DNA of 63,217 nt, counting the filler, from Craspedostauros australis (lineage: Eukaryota): NCBI GenBank assembly GCA_030167865.1. It is 13 parts of 13 records of this genome, joined end to end, with 100 filler letters (N's around TTAATTAATTAA, not from the genome) between each part and the next. Parts side by side here need not be neighbours in the genome. Positions count along the whole stretch, not along the records: positions 9,794 to 15,147 come from JALAGF010006138.1; positions 15,248 to 20,268 come from JALAGF010006139.1; positions 20,369 to 22,993 come from JALAGF010006140.1; positions 23,094 to 28,725 come from JALAGF010006141.1; 9 more parts are not named here. One strand, given 5' to 3'. Below, piece after piece: positions 12,701 through 24,978 of the stretch. Numbering within the stretch: position 1 is the stretch's first letter; every line of letters starts with the position of its first letter. The position numbers and the translations under genes are program-made. Below the pieces are notes generated by a model. The model was given only the letters and a program-made list of their open reading frames with translations, had not been told where the DNA came from and did not search any database.

Positions 12701-15147
12701 GGGAACCAAGAGGAGAGAGGTATGTGAACATGGGTCTCTCCACAAAGCATGCTTCAACCGTACCCCTGGTCCTATCACCACGGACAGGTTCGATCACACC
12801 TCAGTTCCATGTTGTGTTCGACGACTGGNNNNNNNNNNNNNNNNNNNNNNNNNNNNNNNNNNNNNNNNNNNNNNNNNNNNNNNNNNNNNNNNNNNNNNNN
12901 NNNNNNNNNNNNNNNNNNNNNNNNNNNNNNNNNNNNNNNNNNNNNNNNNNNNNNNNNNNNNNNNNNNNNNNNNNGCAGGACGACATCTTCGCATCAGACA
13001 CGCGAGACCACAACCGGTTACAACGCAACGACGACAATACTCCACCACCGATAACTGAAACGCGAAACCAACGAACCATCCGTGAAGGAGCGCCACAGGT
13101 ATTGGCGAAAGAGTCGCAACCAACGACACAACAGATCCCGTATCTCATAAGTGAAACTCTCGCCCCTCCGATGCCAGCTTCAGAGGGAGCCAACAAGCAA
13201 ATGTCTTCGACAGAGGGAGCTCCCGATGAGTCCCCGGTACCTGACCCTACTATAGAGTCACCGGATCAGCGAACACTTCAACCGCAATTGAGTTCACCTC
13301 TCCGAGAGTCGCCAATTTCAGAACAGGCAACTCCATTACCACCTTTAACTCCAACGCCAATTGAGACTAAGTCCACGACAACAACCACGCCGAAGCCCGA
13401 GTCAACGCCATCAAGACCTCGAAGCACGAGAAGTCGCAAACAACCAAAGCGATTCACGTACGCGCGTTTGGGAGGCAAGGCAGCCTGGTTGGACGACGAG
13501 GACACCGACGATTACTACTTCTGCCCCGCAGTAGCTACTTTGGAAGAAATTGAACAGGTCACAACACCCAGGGAATTGCACCCCGACTCGTCATCGATCA
13601 TAACATTCTCACAAGCTGTCGTCGATTGCCTACATACAATCGAACCTCTCCAACGCGAAGGCAGCGACTCTCTCTCCATCGACCTACACCAATTCAAGGT
13701 GGACGCTCACTACTTGTTGCGCAGACTTCGAGGTTGATTCAATACATTGAATCCACAACCAACCAACATCGTCCTTCCAACGTTCGCTCCAAAAACGGCT
13801 AAAGCAGAAGAAGCAAGCATCAACATGGCCGATTGGTGGCAGCCGGATCCAGACGACATGGTCGAAGAGGGATCAACGCCATTCCAAGACGTTTACGAGG
13901 ACTTCTACTCGGACATGGAGGGACACTTCGAAGTCGACCTTCACTGCGAGATTCGTTGCGACGACCTCAGGAGACAAGCGACTGACTACGCTGTCGGCCA
14001 ATTCGTCAACAGACTGAGCATTTTCATTCGAACCGGCACCATGAACCCCAGCTTCGATGCCTTTGACTACATGTCATCGGCCAAACCAGAGCCATGGTCG
14101 TACCAGGATCCGGAATACTTGATGATGAAGGGTTTTCTTCCTCCCGAATCCAGAATCAGTGGAAACACTTTCTTCAAAAGGACTCGCTCCGTGTGGAACG
14201 CCATCTCTGAGAATCATCACTATCGTCTCGCATTCGAACTGCTCCGTCGCCAAGTCACGACCATCCGTCCAGGGCCATGGCCACAGCCAATTGCATTCGA
14301 AGTCGAGAAGTTTGTCCAAGGGATGATCGAGACCAACACGGCACCTCTCAAGGTGGCTCCAGCAACGCGCGTCTCCGANNNNNNNNNNNNNNNNNNNNNN
14401 NNNNNNNNNNNNNNNNNNNNNNNNNNNNNNNNNNNNNNNNNNNNNNNNNNNNNNNNNNNNNNNNNNNNNNNNNNNNNNNNNNNNNNNNNNNNNNNNNNNN
14501 NNNNNNNNNNNNNNNNNNNNNNNNNNNNNNNNNNNNNNNNNNNNNNNNNNNNNNNNNNNNNNNNNNNNNNNNNNNNNATCGCCGAACGCTCATCCACGTA
14601 CAAGGCATCCAGCAATGACCCTGACACCCTTTCCTTCGACGAAGCGATTCGCGACGACAACAAGGATGAATGGATGCAAGCAGCCGAAAAGGAAATCAAG
14701 GCACTTACCGAAAAGGGAACATGGGAAGAGATTAAAAAGGCCGACGTCGTCAACGATCGAATCTTCCCAGGGACCTGGGTCTTCCGTCGCAAGCGCTTGC
14801 CAGATGGTACTATCAAGAAGTACAAGGGTCGCTGGTGTTGCCGCGGAGACCTCATGAATGAGGANGCATCCACCTACGCGCCAGTCGTGGCCTGGTCATC
14901 GGTTCGCATCTTCCTGAGCACCTCCATCGTGATGGGTTGGACAACCACGTCAATTGACTTCACTAACGCCTTCGTACAGGCCTCCATCCACAAGCCTGTG
15001 CATCTTCACCTTCCTCACGGCTTCAAGTCAAGCAAGGGGCCCAACACCTGTCTCCGACTTCGTAAAAGTCTCTACGGATTGACGATCGCCCCGCGCCTGT
15101 GGTACGAGCACCTCATCCGAGCTCTAATCACAGTCGGCTTCACAGCC
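9794..15147 (+). mobile_element. Ty1/copia (CoDi-type) gag-pol, family 1, gapped
   Basis: Domains in copia order PR-IN-RT: WCAKCRRWRLSHNT knuckle, protease LVWDSGASIS, pre-integrase WHYRLGHLSF, integrase VSVDH/SDNA/NGIAE, RT YAPVVAWSSVR, IDFTNAFVQA and LRKSLYGL. One in-frame TGA at 13735. Confidence 0.93.
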
Positions 15148-15247
15148 NNNNNNNNNNNNNNNNNNNNNNNNNNNNNNNNNNNNNNNNNNNNTTAATTAAT
15201 TAANNNNNNNNNNNNNNNNNNNNNNNNNNNNNNNNNNNNNNNNNNNN

Positions 15248-15350
15248 AATCAGTACACCTCTCTTGAACTGCATCACACGGCTATCCCGAAGCCGGCAGA
15301 TTCACGAGGCATCCTCCACCGATTCGCGACGCATACGCACGAATCCTAAC
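15248..15350 (-). mobile_element. Terminal fragment of an LTR related to family A (begins AGTTAGG on the minus strand)
   Basis: Matches 6250-6340. The end GCACGAATCCTAACT resembles GCACACGAAAATCCAACT at 32194. Confidence 0.5.
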
Positions 15351-16250
15351 TGATGTGTTGGATTTTTGCACAAGACGGAGGCAGCTCCGGAGAACGACGA
15401 AAAGTGGATGCGCGACCCATAATTCGTTTGATTGGCTGATGCTGTTTGTCATCCGTGTCGAACGTGTACCGGTGACAGAATGGGCCGCGAATACAGCAGA
15501 GTTGGCATCGTAACGTCAAATCGTCGCCGTTAACCGCCGGTGAAATCAACGGACACAAGGGATCGAACACTGAGCAAAGCGATGACAGAACAACGGTATT
15601 TGTACGAGGTTTGTTTGAGACACGCACGAAAGAAGACCATGTGTGGCACATGTATCTCCGCCACTGTTTTACAAAACTTTGTCAAGTCCATAGACATCCA
15701 CATGTTCCACACACAGGATCCAAGGCTCATCTTCGACGGCTGAGGTCTGTCCGTCGATTGGTGATACAAAACCCGCTTCGCAACAACCAACCACCAAAAC
15801 GCACGACTCGACGCCAACACCGACGATCAGCACAAGGATGCCACACAACAACACGAAGAACCGCGAAGAGAAATGATCCAGGTAGACGCCCTCTAGACGC
15901 AAACCATGTCAATTTAAACATCAAACTAAAGACGATCCGATGACAATCAAAGTGTATCTACCACCAATTCTGATGTAGTTGCATACGACGAATGCGGTGG
16001 ATCAATTTCCATTGGCATTGAAGCATTGTATGCAATAGTATAAAATACATGCTCACATCAAGTGCTGCATGCGTGCGCTGAAATGTTGCCACTAGTTTGT
16101 AAAGCACAGGAACCAGAAGTAAAATTGCGGATGCAACGTCCGTATGTATCGCGTAGAGCAAAAACCGTGTTGTTTTCACGCAGTGGGGTGTCATGTTTGC
16201 GTTGGGGTCTGCTTTTTTGTGATTTTGACCCCCCCCTGAGAGGCCCGAAA

Positions 16251-16373
16251 CCTTCCTTGTTCGGAAGGTCCTTCCTTGCAAGGAAGAATCGGCCTTTTCT
16301 GACCCCCCGATCTTCCTTGTTCGGAAGGTGCACTAGAGAACCTTCCTTGTTCGGAAGAAAAAAAATCACTATG
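16251..16373. repeat. Four CTTCC-N6-GGAAG palindromic units ending in AAAAAAAATCACTATG; likely DNA-transposon terminus
   Basis: Units at about 16251, 16270, 16311 and 16341. Confidence 0.55.
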
Positions 16374-16607
16374 GATATCATGTCATTAAACCAATTGTTC
16401 TGATGTCAGTCGCAACAACACAACACAACACAACACAACACAAAGACAACGCAGAAAGCACAAGCGAAGAAGATCCAACAACCACCAGCACACCAACAAC
16501 AAGGACAAACCTGCCAACCAGACCGAACTCAACAAGGAAGTCTTCTTGGAGACCACAATCTCGAAAGATCACACAGAAGCACAACCATCACAACCAGGAT
16601 CGCCAAC

Positions 16608-17285
16608 ATGAAGAGTCCACAAGCCACATTCGCCATCTTCTCCTCGTTGCTCGTGCTCGCTTCGGTGCATGGCTTCCAGCCCAGTCCCATCACAGCTCCA
16701 GCTTCGTCCACTGCGCGCAACTCTTCGCAGCAAGCCAGCCGCCTCAACAAAAGCAGAAGCAGAAGCAGCAACAACAACAGCAGCCGTCTCAATGTGTTCG
16801 GACGCTTCGGCACGAAGGAGGAACAGGCCGTGATCAAGGAGATCGTCGATCCATCCTACAACCTCGCACTGGGATCGCTGGTGCTCGGAGTGCTCAGCGC
16901 CCAGCTGGTCGTCGGCGTCGGTGCCGTGCTGATCCTCTTCGCTGCCTTCCTCGCGTTCCAAACCACGAACCTGCGATTCACATTTGACAACACCTCCTTC
17001 TCGTTGGTCAAGGAGGACACGGAGGAATCCCGCGAGAACATCGTCGTGGGCGGCGCCAATAGCTGGAAGTACAACTCCATCGTCAACTGGGGCTTCTTGC
17101 CATCGAAGGAGTTCCCCATCCTGGTCTACTTCAAGGAGGTCCAAACGCCGACCGATGGCCGCAACAACGCTCCCATCATCGTGGATGACCTGGCTGGTCA
17201 GGCCCACTTCTTTCCAGCCATCGCCAATACGAAGCAGCTGGAGGAAAGGTTCACGAAGTACAACTGCGAGAAGGTCGAGAAATAA
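16608..17285 (+). CDS. DUF3119-family plastid membrane protein (225 aa) with bipartite targeting presequence
   Basis: Signal peptide ending ASVHG|FQPS (ASAFAP-like), Ser/Arg-rich transit peptide, two TM helices, and the motifs LRFTFD, ENIVVGGANSW, FPILVYFKE and GQAHFFP. Confidence 0.88.
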   Translation: MKSPQATFAIFSSLLVLASVHGFQPSPITAPASSTARNSSQQASRLNKSRSRSSNNNSSRLNVFGRFGTKEEQAVIKEIVDPSYNLALGSLVLGVLSAQLVVGVGAVLILFAAFLAFQTTNLRFTFDNTSFSLVKEDTEESRENIVVGGANSWKYNSIVNWGFLPSKEFPILVYFKEVQTPTDGRNNAPIIVDDLAGQAHFFPAIANTKQLEERFTKYNCEKVEK

Positions 17286-17677
17286 GCAGCAGTTGTCGCC
17301 ATAATGTCTATTTCGAGTCATCTGCTGAAGATGTCCAAGGTCGGGGTGCATGCTTGGATTGGTGGGCAGGATAGTACTCTCTCACATTCCGCAGACTGTG
17401 GCAAACCACGAGCCCCCCGCTTGTCGAGAAAACCGATACCCTTGTATCAAATCTAAACCACCAAACGTTCGCTGGAAGACGAAAGAATCTCTTTCGGAAT
17501 ACTGTCTAATTCGTGTTGTACAACTCATTATCCCAAGCGTGAAATCGCTGCGTTCTCCCCAGCATCTGGCTTTGCTTGAGAGCGTACCTGTTCGTACTAG
17601 TAACAACAACACCACAATCGTGTTCAGCCACGGAGGATTCAAACAAACAAGGTCTGATGATCATTTTCGTGGCCTGT

Positions 17678-20268
17678 CTATGACATGTCTGTCAGTACAG
17701 ACAAGTCATCGTCAACCACGCGATCTTCACCTGATCGGGTGTTGCTCGTGTTGGCACTCTTACTATTGCCATTGCTCTCAGTCCCCACGCCTTCGCTCAT
17801 ACAAGTCCTCTCCGCGTTGTCCCCCGACACGATGTCCGAAGCTGGCTTCATCAACATGTTGTCTGGTGCGTGTCCCAACGCCAGATCGTAGTTGATGCTG
17901 GGTTGATTGTGTTGACTTTGAGACTGATTGCAGAAAACGGAAGGGTTGGCTTGGATTGGAAGAGCATTCTTCTTCTTGATCGCTTGCACTTCGTCTTCAT
18001 CGATGTATTCCGCATACATATCACGGAAGCTCTTGCATTTTGGGATGGAGCCCCAGGTTTCGTAGAATCCCAGTGCTTGCGTGAAGTGATGTTTGCTGAG
18101 AATGCCGCCACTACGTTTCGGATCTGTGTCGTGAACCTCCAAGAAGTATCGCCCCGCCATTTCACAAGCGAGTCCTGCCTCATCAAGATGATTTCCATCT
18201 TCAGCACTATTGATGGCTTCCTTGTAGCATAATGCAACAAGGCCTGGTTGTTTGGTGCCTGTCTTGATCGCTTTCCATTCTGCGCGGAGAATCAGGTACC
18301 GACGAAATGCTTGTCTGCCTCTCGTGTTACATATCTTCTTGAGCTCGCGTTTCTTTTGATGGAGCAACTTGAGATACTTTGGCTTTCTTGTTTGGCGATA
18401 CCTGTTGGCAGCCATCAACCCACTCAGGACCGCAGATGATGTGACAAATGAGTAGCCCGGATCGGCAACGCCATCTGTCACGAGGAGATGATGCAACGTC
18501 TCAGCATCTTCATACTTCCCAAAGTACACCGCGATGTGAAGTCGACCCCAGTATGCGCATGCCTGGACATATGGGCTTTCACATTTGTACTTCTCAACCT
18601 CCATGAGCTGCTCCCAATCCAATTCGAGAGTCCCTCTGATACATTTGTACGCGTTGGAAAGTTCAATTACCATATTCTTGTACGCCTCGATTTTGTACGT
18701 CTTCATTTGGTCCAGCAGGGAGTCGGATGCTGATACGATGCCAGGCAAAGGACGGCCCTCAAAGAATGAATACATCAAGTTTTCACCCCCGCACAATACG
18801 CCAAGCTCAAAATCTCCAACTTCCATCGCTGCTGAGTGAGCGTATTGGAAGTCACGTGATATCTCACAGAATGGCTTGGAATATGACTCGATATACATTG
18901 CCAAGGATAAGTAGACCCATCCACTCATTCTCTTGGAACCATTCGCCCTGCGTAGAACTTCCTTTGCCAATTTGGCATATCGATGAGCGTTATCACATTC
19001 GCCAAGCGCCGTGTGCAAAATGGCAAAGGCGACCAGAGCGGAGGCCAAGTACTCACAGATGCCATCTCGCCTCGTGATGCGGAACATTTGCAGTGGTATC
19101 AGCATCCATGTGACGATGTCGTGGCACATAAATGCCCGAACGATGATTTGCCTCAGGAAATTCATCGACAACACCGTCTGTGGATTCGTCGTCACAGGAT
19201 TCTGTTGAAAGAATTCTTCGTCGGTGGTTCTCCGAAAGTAGGCCCTTGTAGACAGTAGCTGAGACGCTACGTGGAAGGTAAGCCAGCGTGTGGGGCATAC
19301 CCCGCACAACCGCGCTCCCTGTTGACTCAGCTGCAGGCTCTTCATGTGCTCATCTTGCTTGCCAAGTGCATTGGACATGGCAGCGTACGTGGGAAGCTTG
19401 TCATGAATGGATTTGGCATGCTCGAGCAGATCATCACCCAGCGAATACCCCAAATCGAATCGATTCAGCGACAGCTCAATGTCGCATCGAGCGCGCATCA
19501 ATCGCAGGGTCAAGTCGTAGTGTTCGTGCCATGGATCACCCCGCGTCTTNCGAAGTGACANGTTGGCTTGCTGAAGGTANGTCGCGGCNGGTATCAGCGC
19601 AGCCATTTGGAGTGCATGCTCGCCGACCTGAAGATTCCGTTGAGCCGACATCAGGTGGTCTTTGCTTGGGATGCAGTTGAGATGCTCGGCTGCAATGAAG
19701 AGGAGGCCGCTGTCATTGGCGATGACGATTCCGTCCGACGGATGGGTCTGGGTATCCGTGCGTTGACCTGGGGGTTTACTTTCTGAGAGTTCGCTTGGTA
19801 CAGTACCCATGCAAAGATCCCACAGGCATTGGCCAATCCGTAGGCGGAGCTTTGTGCGGGTTTCCCCAAATGGCACCAGATCATGAGCTGCCTGCTGAAT
19901 GCGATCATGTGCGAAGCGGTAAGTTGTTCCGCCGATGGAGTTGGCCAATAGGCCTTCCAGAACTGCATTTTCCAGCCACTCCGCAAGCGGGGTCTTGGAA
20001 TCATCATCATCATTGTTGATGTTGATGTTGATGATGTTATCTGCACCGTGGCTTGAGTTTCCGCCAAGGATTTCATTGTCCGGTACATTGCTCTGTTGTT
20101 CGTTGTCCCAGACCGCTTGCAGAAGGTCCAGTTCAAACGATGATCGAATGTACGACGCCAGCACGAGAGCTCTCTGCGACGGAGCCGGAAGAGCTCGCAA
20201 CTTGGATGATATCAGCATGATCACATCGCTCGATCTCTTCCTGCTTGTGTGATCCAGCTCCCTTACCG
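17678..20268 (-). CDS. C-terminal part of a COG3899-like predicted AAA/STAND ATPase with a helical repeat region; 5'-truncated at the scaffold edge
   Basis: 848-aa open frame with YRFAHDRIQQAA, IAAEHLN, ALVAFAIL, GLACEMAGRYF and YETWGSIPK, a pattern typical of this family. Confidence 0.75.
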
Positions 20269-21876
20269 NNNNNNNNNNNNNNNNNNNNNNNNNNNNNNNN
20301 NNNNNNNNNNNNTTAATTAATTAANNNNNNNNNNNNNNNNNNNNNNNNNNNNNNNNNNNNNNNNNNNNCAACGTGCGACAGAGGACAAGGATGCGGTACT
20401 TGCAGAGCTTGAACAAGGAATGAAGAAAGGTCAAGCTTCTTTGGGATGGCTGCGGTCGGATGCGGACACACACAGACCTCTGGGAGACTGTCGGAAGAAG
20501 CAGTTGACGTTGAAGGACAGGACCAACTATATGGTGCTCTGTATCAATTTAGACTCGTCCCAGCGCGCAAGGAAGCTCATCGCACATGCATGGGATGTGG
20601 ATCCGAGCACACTGTATCGCCATTTGAAGAAGTTCCAATCAAGTGGATTGGTGGAGCGAAAGAAACGGAAGGACCATGGTGCCAATATCATCGTCAACGC
20701 AACGATGCAGCGTCGAAACTTCACTCCTCTAGCTGCCTTTGAGAAAACATTTCGGTCTGACCATGCTGGACACTTGATTTCAAAGAAGGATATTGTCGCC
20801 GCATTCGCAGACGCGTCGCCAGTGGAGAAGAAGTTGGCTGCAGCACAAGCAAGTGAATGGATCCACTGCGGAGTCACATTGGAAACCGAGCTGCAGCAGG
20901 TATTACAGCGATGAAATGGTACCCTCTCATGGGAGGATGTGACCAATGAGCTTGCAGGCAGTGGCAACCCGCAAATTGTCAGTGCGGAGACCATTCGGCG
21001 TCATGTCATGTCTTTGAAAGGAAGCANNNNNNNNNNNNNNNNNNNNNNNNNNNNNNNNNNNNNNNNNNNNNNNNNNCAACGTGCGACAGAGGACAAGGAT
21101 GCGGTACTTGCAGAGCTTGAACAAGGAATGAAGAAAGGTCAAGCTTCTTTGGGATGGCTGCGGTCGGATGCGGACACACACAGACCTCTGGGAGACTGTC
21201 GGAAGAAGCAGTTGACGTTGAAGGACAGGACCAACTATATGGTGCTCTGTATCAATTTAGACTCGTCCCAGCGCGCAAGGAAGCTCATCGCACATGCATG
21301 GGATGTGGATCCGAGCACACTGTATCGCCATTTGAAGAAGTTCCAATCAAGTGGATTGGTGGAGCGAAAGAAACGGAAGGACCATGGTGCCAATATCATC
21401 GTCAACGCAACGATGCAGCGTCGAAACTTCACTCCTCTAGCTGCCTTTGAGAAAACATTTCGGTCTGACCATGCTGGACACTTGATTTCAAAGAAGGATA
21501 TTGTCGCCGCATTCGCAGACGCGTCGCCAGTGGAGAAGAAGTTGGCNNNNNNNNNNNNNNNNNNNNNNNNNNNNNNNNNNNNNNNNNNNNNNNNNNNNNN
21601 NNNNNNNNNNNNNNNNNNNNNNNNNNNNNNNNNNNNNNNNNNNNNNNNNNNNNNNNNNNNNNNNNNNNNNNNNNNNNNNNNNNNNNNNNNNGCGGAGACC
21701 ATTCGGCGTCATGTCATGTCTTTGAAAGGAAGCAAATACAAGCAGACCAAGATCTTGCCGCTCCTCACAAAAGCAACAAAGATACAACGTGTGACTTGGG
21801 CAAAGGAGTTTTGTGTATTCTGGGCATTGGCCAAACAATTCAACAATACCCAAGTGGTGATAGCCCACATGGACGA

Positions 21877-22082
21877 TATTAGAGCACTATCGAAAAATCA
21901 CGAGGGGAGAGCAAAAGCAAAGTACCATGCCGGGATTCGAACCCGGAACCTCAGTTAGAATTACTGGTGCTCTACNGTTGAGCTACAGGCGATGCGATTG
22001 CTGATCCGAACACAAGTGAAATTTATAGATAGTGGGGGCTACGGGAGTAACGTACTTAGCACTATTCGATTTTGTGCTGATA
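21877..22082. mobile_element. 206-bp insertion with 5-bp TSD (GACGA), TATTAG..CTGATA termini and an internal tRNA-like sequence
   Basis: GACGA at 21872-21876 and 22083-22087. Removing the insertion restores CAC ATG GAC GAG AAG TGG TTT (HMDEKWF). Confidence 0.9.
21922..21992 (-). pseudogene. tRNA-derived Pol III cassette (not a canonical tRNA)
   Basis: A box TAGCTCAACNGTAGAGC, intact T arm CCGGG-TTCGAAT-CCCGG and a downstream TTTT. The acceptor stem is mismatched and the anticodon loop (AATTCTA) is non-canonical. Confidence 0.75.
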
Positions 22083-23093
22083 GACGAGAAGTGGTTTTGG
22101 GTGATTGTATCTCGCAACAACATCAAAGAAGTTCTTGAGTACGGTGTCCTCCCAATTATCCATCACACCCACCATAAGAATCATCTAGGCAAGACCATGG
22201 TAATTGCAACAACTGCATTTGCACCAATCAACAACTCATTCGAACTTGGGGGCAAGGCCTATCGTGTCACCTTTGAACGTGTGGGACGCATGAAAGAGGC
22301 TCTTGTGAGCACTTACAAACAAGTGATCGACAAGAATGGGAAACATCGCCATCCTCACATCCCAGAGAACATTTTGCGAGTGAAGGGCCAATTCTACTTC
22401 GAGGCCATGGAGATAACTGGGAGCAAGAAGGAGTACAAGAAGAAGCCAAAATACGGCCTTGTGAGTTTCTTCCGCAACCATGAAATCCCCAACCTCGAAA
22501 GTCTCTGCATGAAGATTGGTTCGGAAACGGGAAAGAGAGTTGTTGTGCGTTATCAAATGGATGGAGCCGGTCCCCACCGAGATACATTGCTGCTGGCATT
22601 CCTTACAAAGCAATTCGATCAACGGGGATGGCATTATCGCATCCAACCGCCAAATTCTCCCATCACAAATGTGAAAGACGAAAGCATATTTCCTGCATTA
22701 TCAAGACATGTCTCGTCGTCCCAAGGTAAGAACAACGGAAGCCAAATTTTGACAACTGATGCACTGTGGAAGGCCTGCCAACAGTGTTGGGAAAATTTGG
22801 AGATGGACAAGGTCGCTCGCGCGTACATCCATCACCATCAAGTGGCGTACGCCATCTTGGAGGCAAAAGGAGGAGATGAATTCGTCACAAAGAGCAGGGG
22901 ACTACGTATGGGTGTGCGACAATTGTGCGTTGCATCGAAAGATGAGGATGGAAAAGTGGTTGGCACACGAGTGAAAACGCACGACGAGACTGCNNNNNNN
23001 NNNNNNNNNNNNNNNNNNNNNNNNNNNNNNNNNNNNNTTAATTAATTAANNNNNNNNNNNNNNNNNNNNNNNNNNNNNNNNNNNNNNNNNNNN

Positions 23094-23635
23094 TTCCCAA
23101 CTAAACCTCAGATGACAATATCATCTGACAGACTGCTGCATCACCAATGGAACATGACATCTGGAGAGCAGAAGGATACCTACTGATGTTGACAGGATGT
23201 CATCATGTCACCACGTCAACATCTGTCTCCAAGTCAGAGCAGGAGGCAAAGATCCGATGACTGAAGGGCATCAGCATAATGGATACAAGAGGTGAAGTTC
23301 AAAGGGTAAGTACTCATGGAGTAGGAGCCAGTACTGAATGAACAGAGTGTCAAATGCGGAGTACGCATTGAACACGGAGTATTGTGTAGCGCAAGTACAC
23401 AATGTTGAGACAGAGAGAGAGAGAATACAGAGAGGAGCGAGAGAGCATCTCGCGTACCGACTCATAGTCGGAGACTGAATCTATGAAACAGATTGAAGCA
23501 CCGAGATCATCAGGCAAGAGAATGGGCGTACACCGAGAGGATCGGAGTAGCCAACTAATGAAATAGCAAATGAACAACTATCAACCAACACCACCTTCCA
23601 CGATTGTAGGTTACCGTGAGCGGAACTTGCCAACA
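23094..23635 (+). mobile_element. 3' part of the 5' LTR (family A) of copia family 2
   Basis: Ends GGAACTTGCCAACA, about 80 bp before the gag ATG. Homologous to 30791-31340(rc), 58798-59455 and 60700-61348. Confidence 0.85.
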
Positions 23636-23716
23636 CATTTATAAACGATAGATCAGGGCGAGCCCGCGGATTGGATTGTGCGAGGAAGACGACATCATTC
23701 AAGAGCAGCAGACTGA

Positions 23717-24945
23717 ATGAGCGAGGAAGAGGAATTGAGAGACATCCCTCTGTCCAATTCGACTATCAAGAGAGAAGAAGGTGTGAGTGAGACTCCACCA
23801 CGAGAAGAGAAGGAAGCAGCCACGGCTACTGTCCTATCAAGCGCAGAGGCAAGCGCAATCAACGAGACCGAAGAAGAACGGTCTGCAAGACTACACCGCG
23901 AGGAGAAGAGGATTTTCAAGACGGTCAAGCAAGAGGAGACTGGTGTGACGGAGAGCATTCGCACAGCCAAACAGAGTGGGAAAAGTGAGACACCACCAGG
24001 AGGAGAATTTGTGAGCAAATCAATCCTTGCGAAACAAGCGAAAATCGAAGAATCGGCAACACAGAAACCAACGGAAATCAAGGGCACGAGCGCACCAACA
24101 ATGAAACAACGAATCAACATGGCGACATCAGCCAACATGAATAAGCGACGCATCAAGGCGCTGATGTTCAGCGGTGAACAGGAAGACTACAGCGCATGGG
24201 AGTCCCAAGCGAAGGCATACGCTCGTGCACAGAAGACGAGAGACGTGATGTTGGGCAAGACCAAGGTCCCAACAGTGAGTGAGATCGCGGCAGCTGCCGA
24301 CGATGTCAAGGAAGCGATGGAGGAAATCTACGAACTGGAATGCGACTGCTTCAGCGATCTGATCCTCATGATGGATGCAGAGAAAGGAAAAGGCAAGCAA
24401 GCCATCCAATACATCAACCAATGCGTCTCCGACGATTACCCCGAAGGAGATCCACACGCAGCGTGGAACGTTCTCGCGGAGAAGTTCCGTCCATCCGATG
24501 CAGCAACGAAAATCAAACTCAAGCGTCAGTTTAACAACGAAAAAATGAAGAAAGACTCGGACCCCGACATCTACATCATGCGACTCGAGGGTCTACGATC
24601 GCATCTCCACGACGTCAAGTACGAGATCACTGACGAAGAGATGATCATGCAAATCCTCAGCACGGTGAGCAGCGAATATAGAACTCACATCGTGAACTTC
24701 CAACATCAACTCACGTTTAATCCGGAACTGGTTACCATCAACGCGATCAGAGGAGTACTCCACACAGCATACGCCACTCATCAAGGAGGCAAGGCGTACA
24801 TCGACGATTTCCAAGATAGCAACACGAAGAGCAACGACACCGGCTTCACGAGCACCGGTAATTTCAAGGGGACCTGCCACAACTGTGGTGTGTATGGTCA
24901 CAGATCCGTCGATTGCCCAGAACGCAAGAAATCAAACAACAAGAA

Positions 24946-24978
<33 letters not shown>

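Larger units (their letters stand above)
20369..22993 (+). mobile_element. Tc1/mariner-superfamily transposase, DD38D (close to the DD39D group), disrupted by a 206-bp insertion
   Basis: HTH region WDVDPSTLYRH. Catalytic motifs HMD|EKWF, YQMDGAGPH and QPPNSPITNVKD, with 38 residues between D2 and D3. The N-terminal part is repeated across a gap. Confidence 0.88.

Noticed and set aside
16251..16357. CRISPR-like array (also considered for 55689-55790 and 60574-60665)
   Set aside because: The repeats are too short and irregularly spaced, there are no unique spacers of constant length or cas genes, and the context is eukaryotic.
21922..21992. Functional tRNA gene
   Set aside because: The acceptor stem has about 3 mismatches, the anticodon loop lacks the conserved U33 and purine 37, and it lies inside a TSD-flanked insertion.
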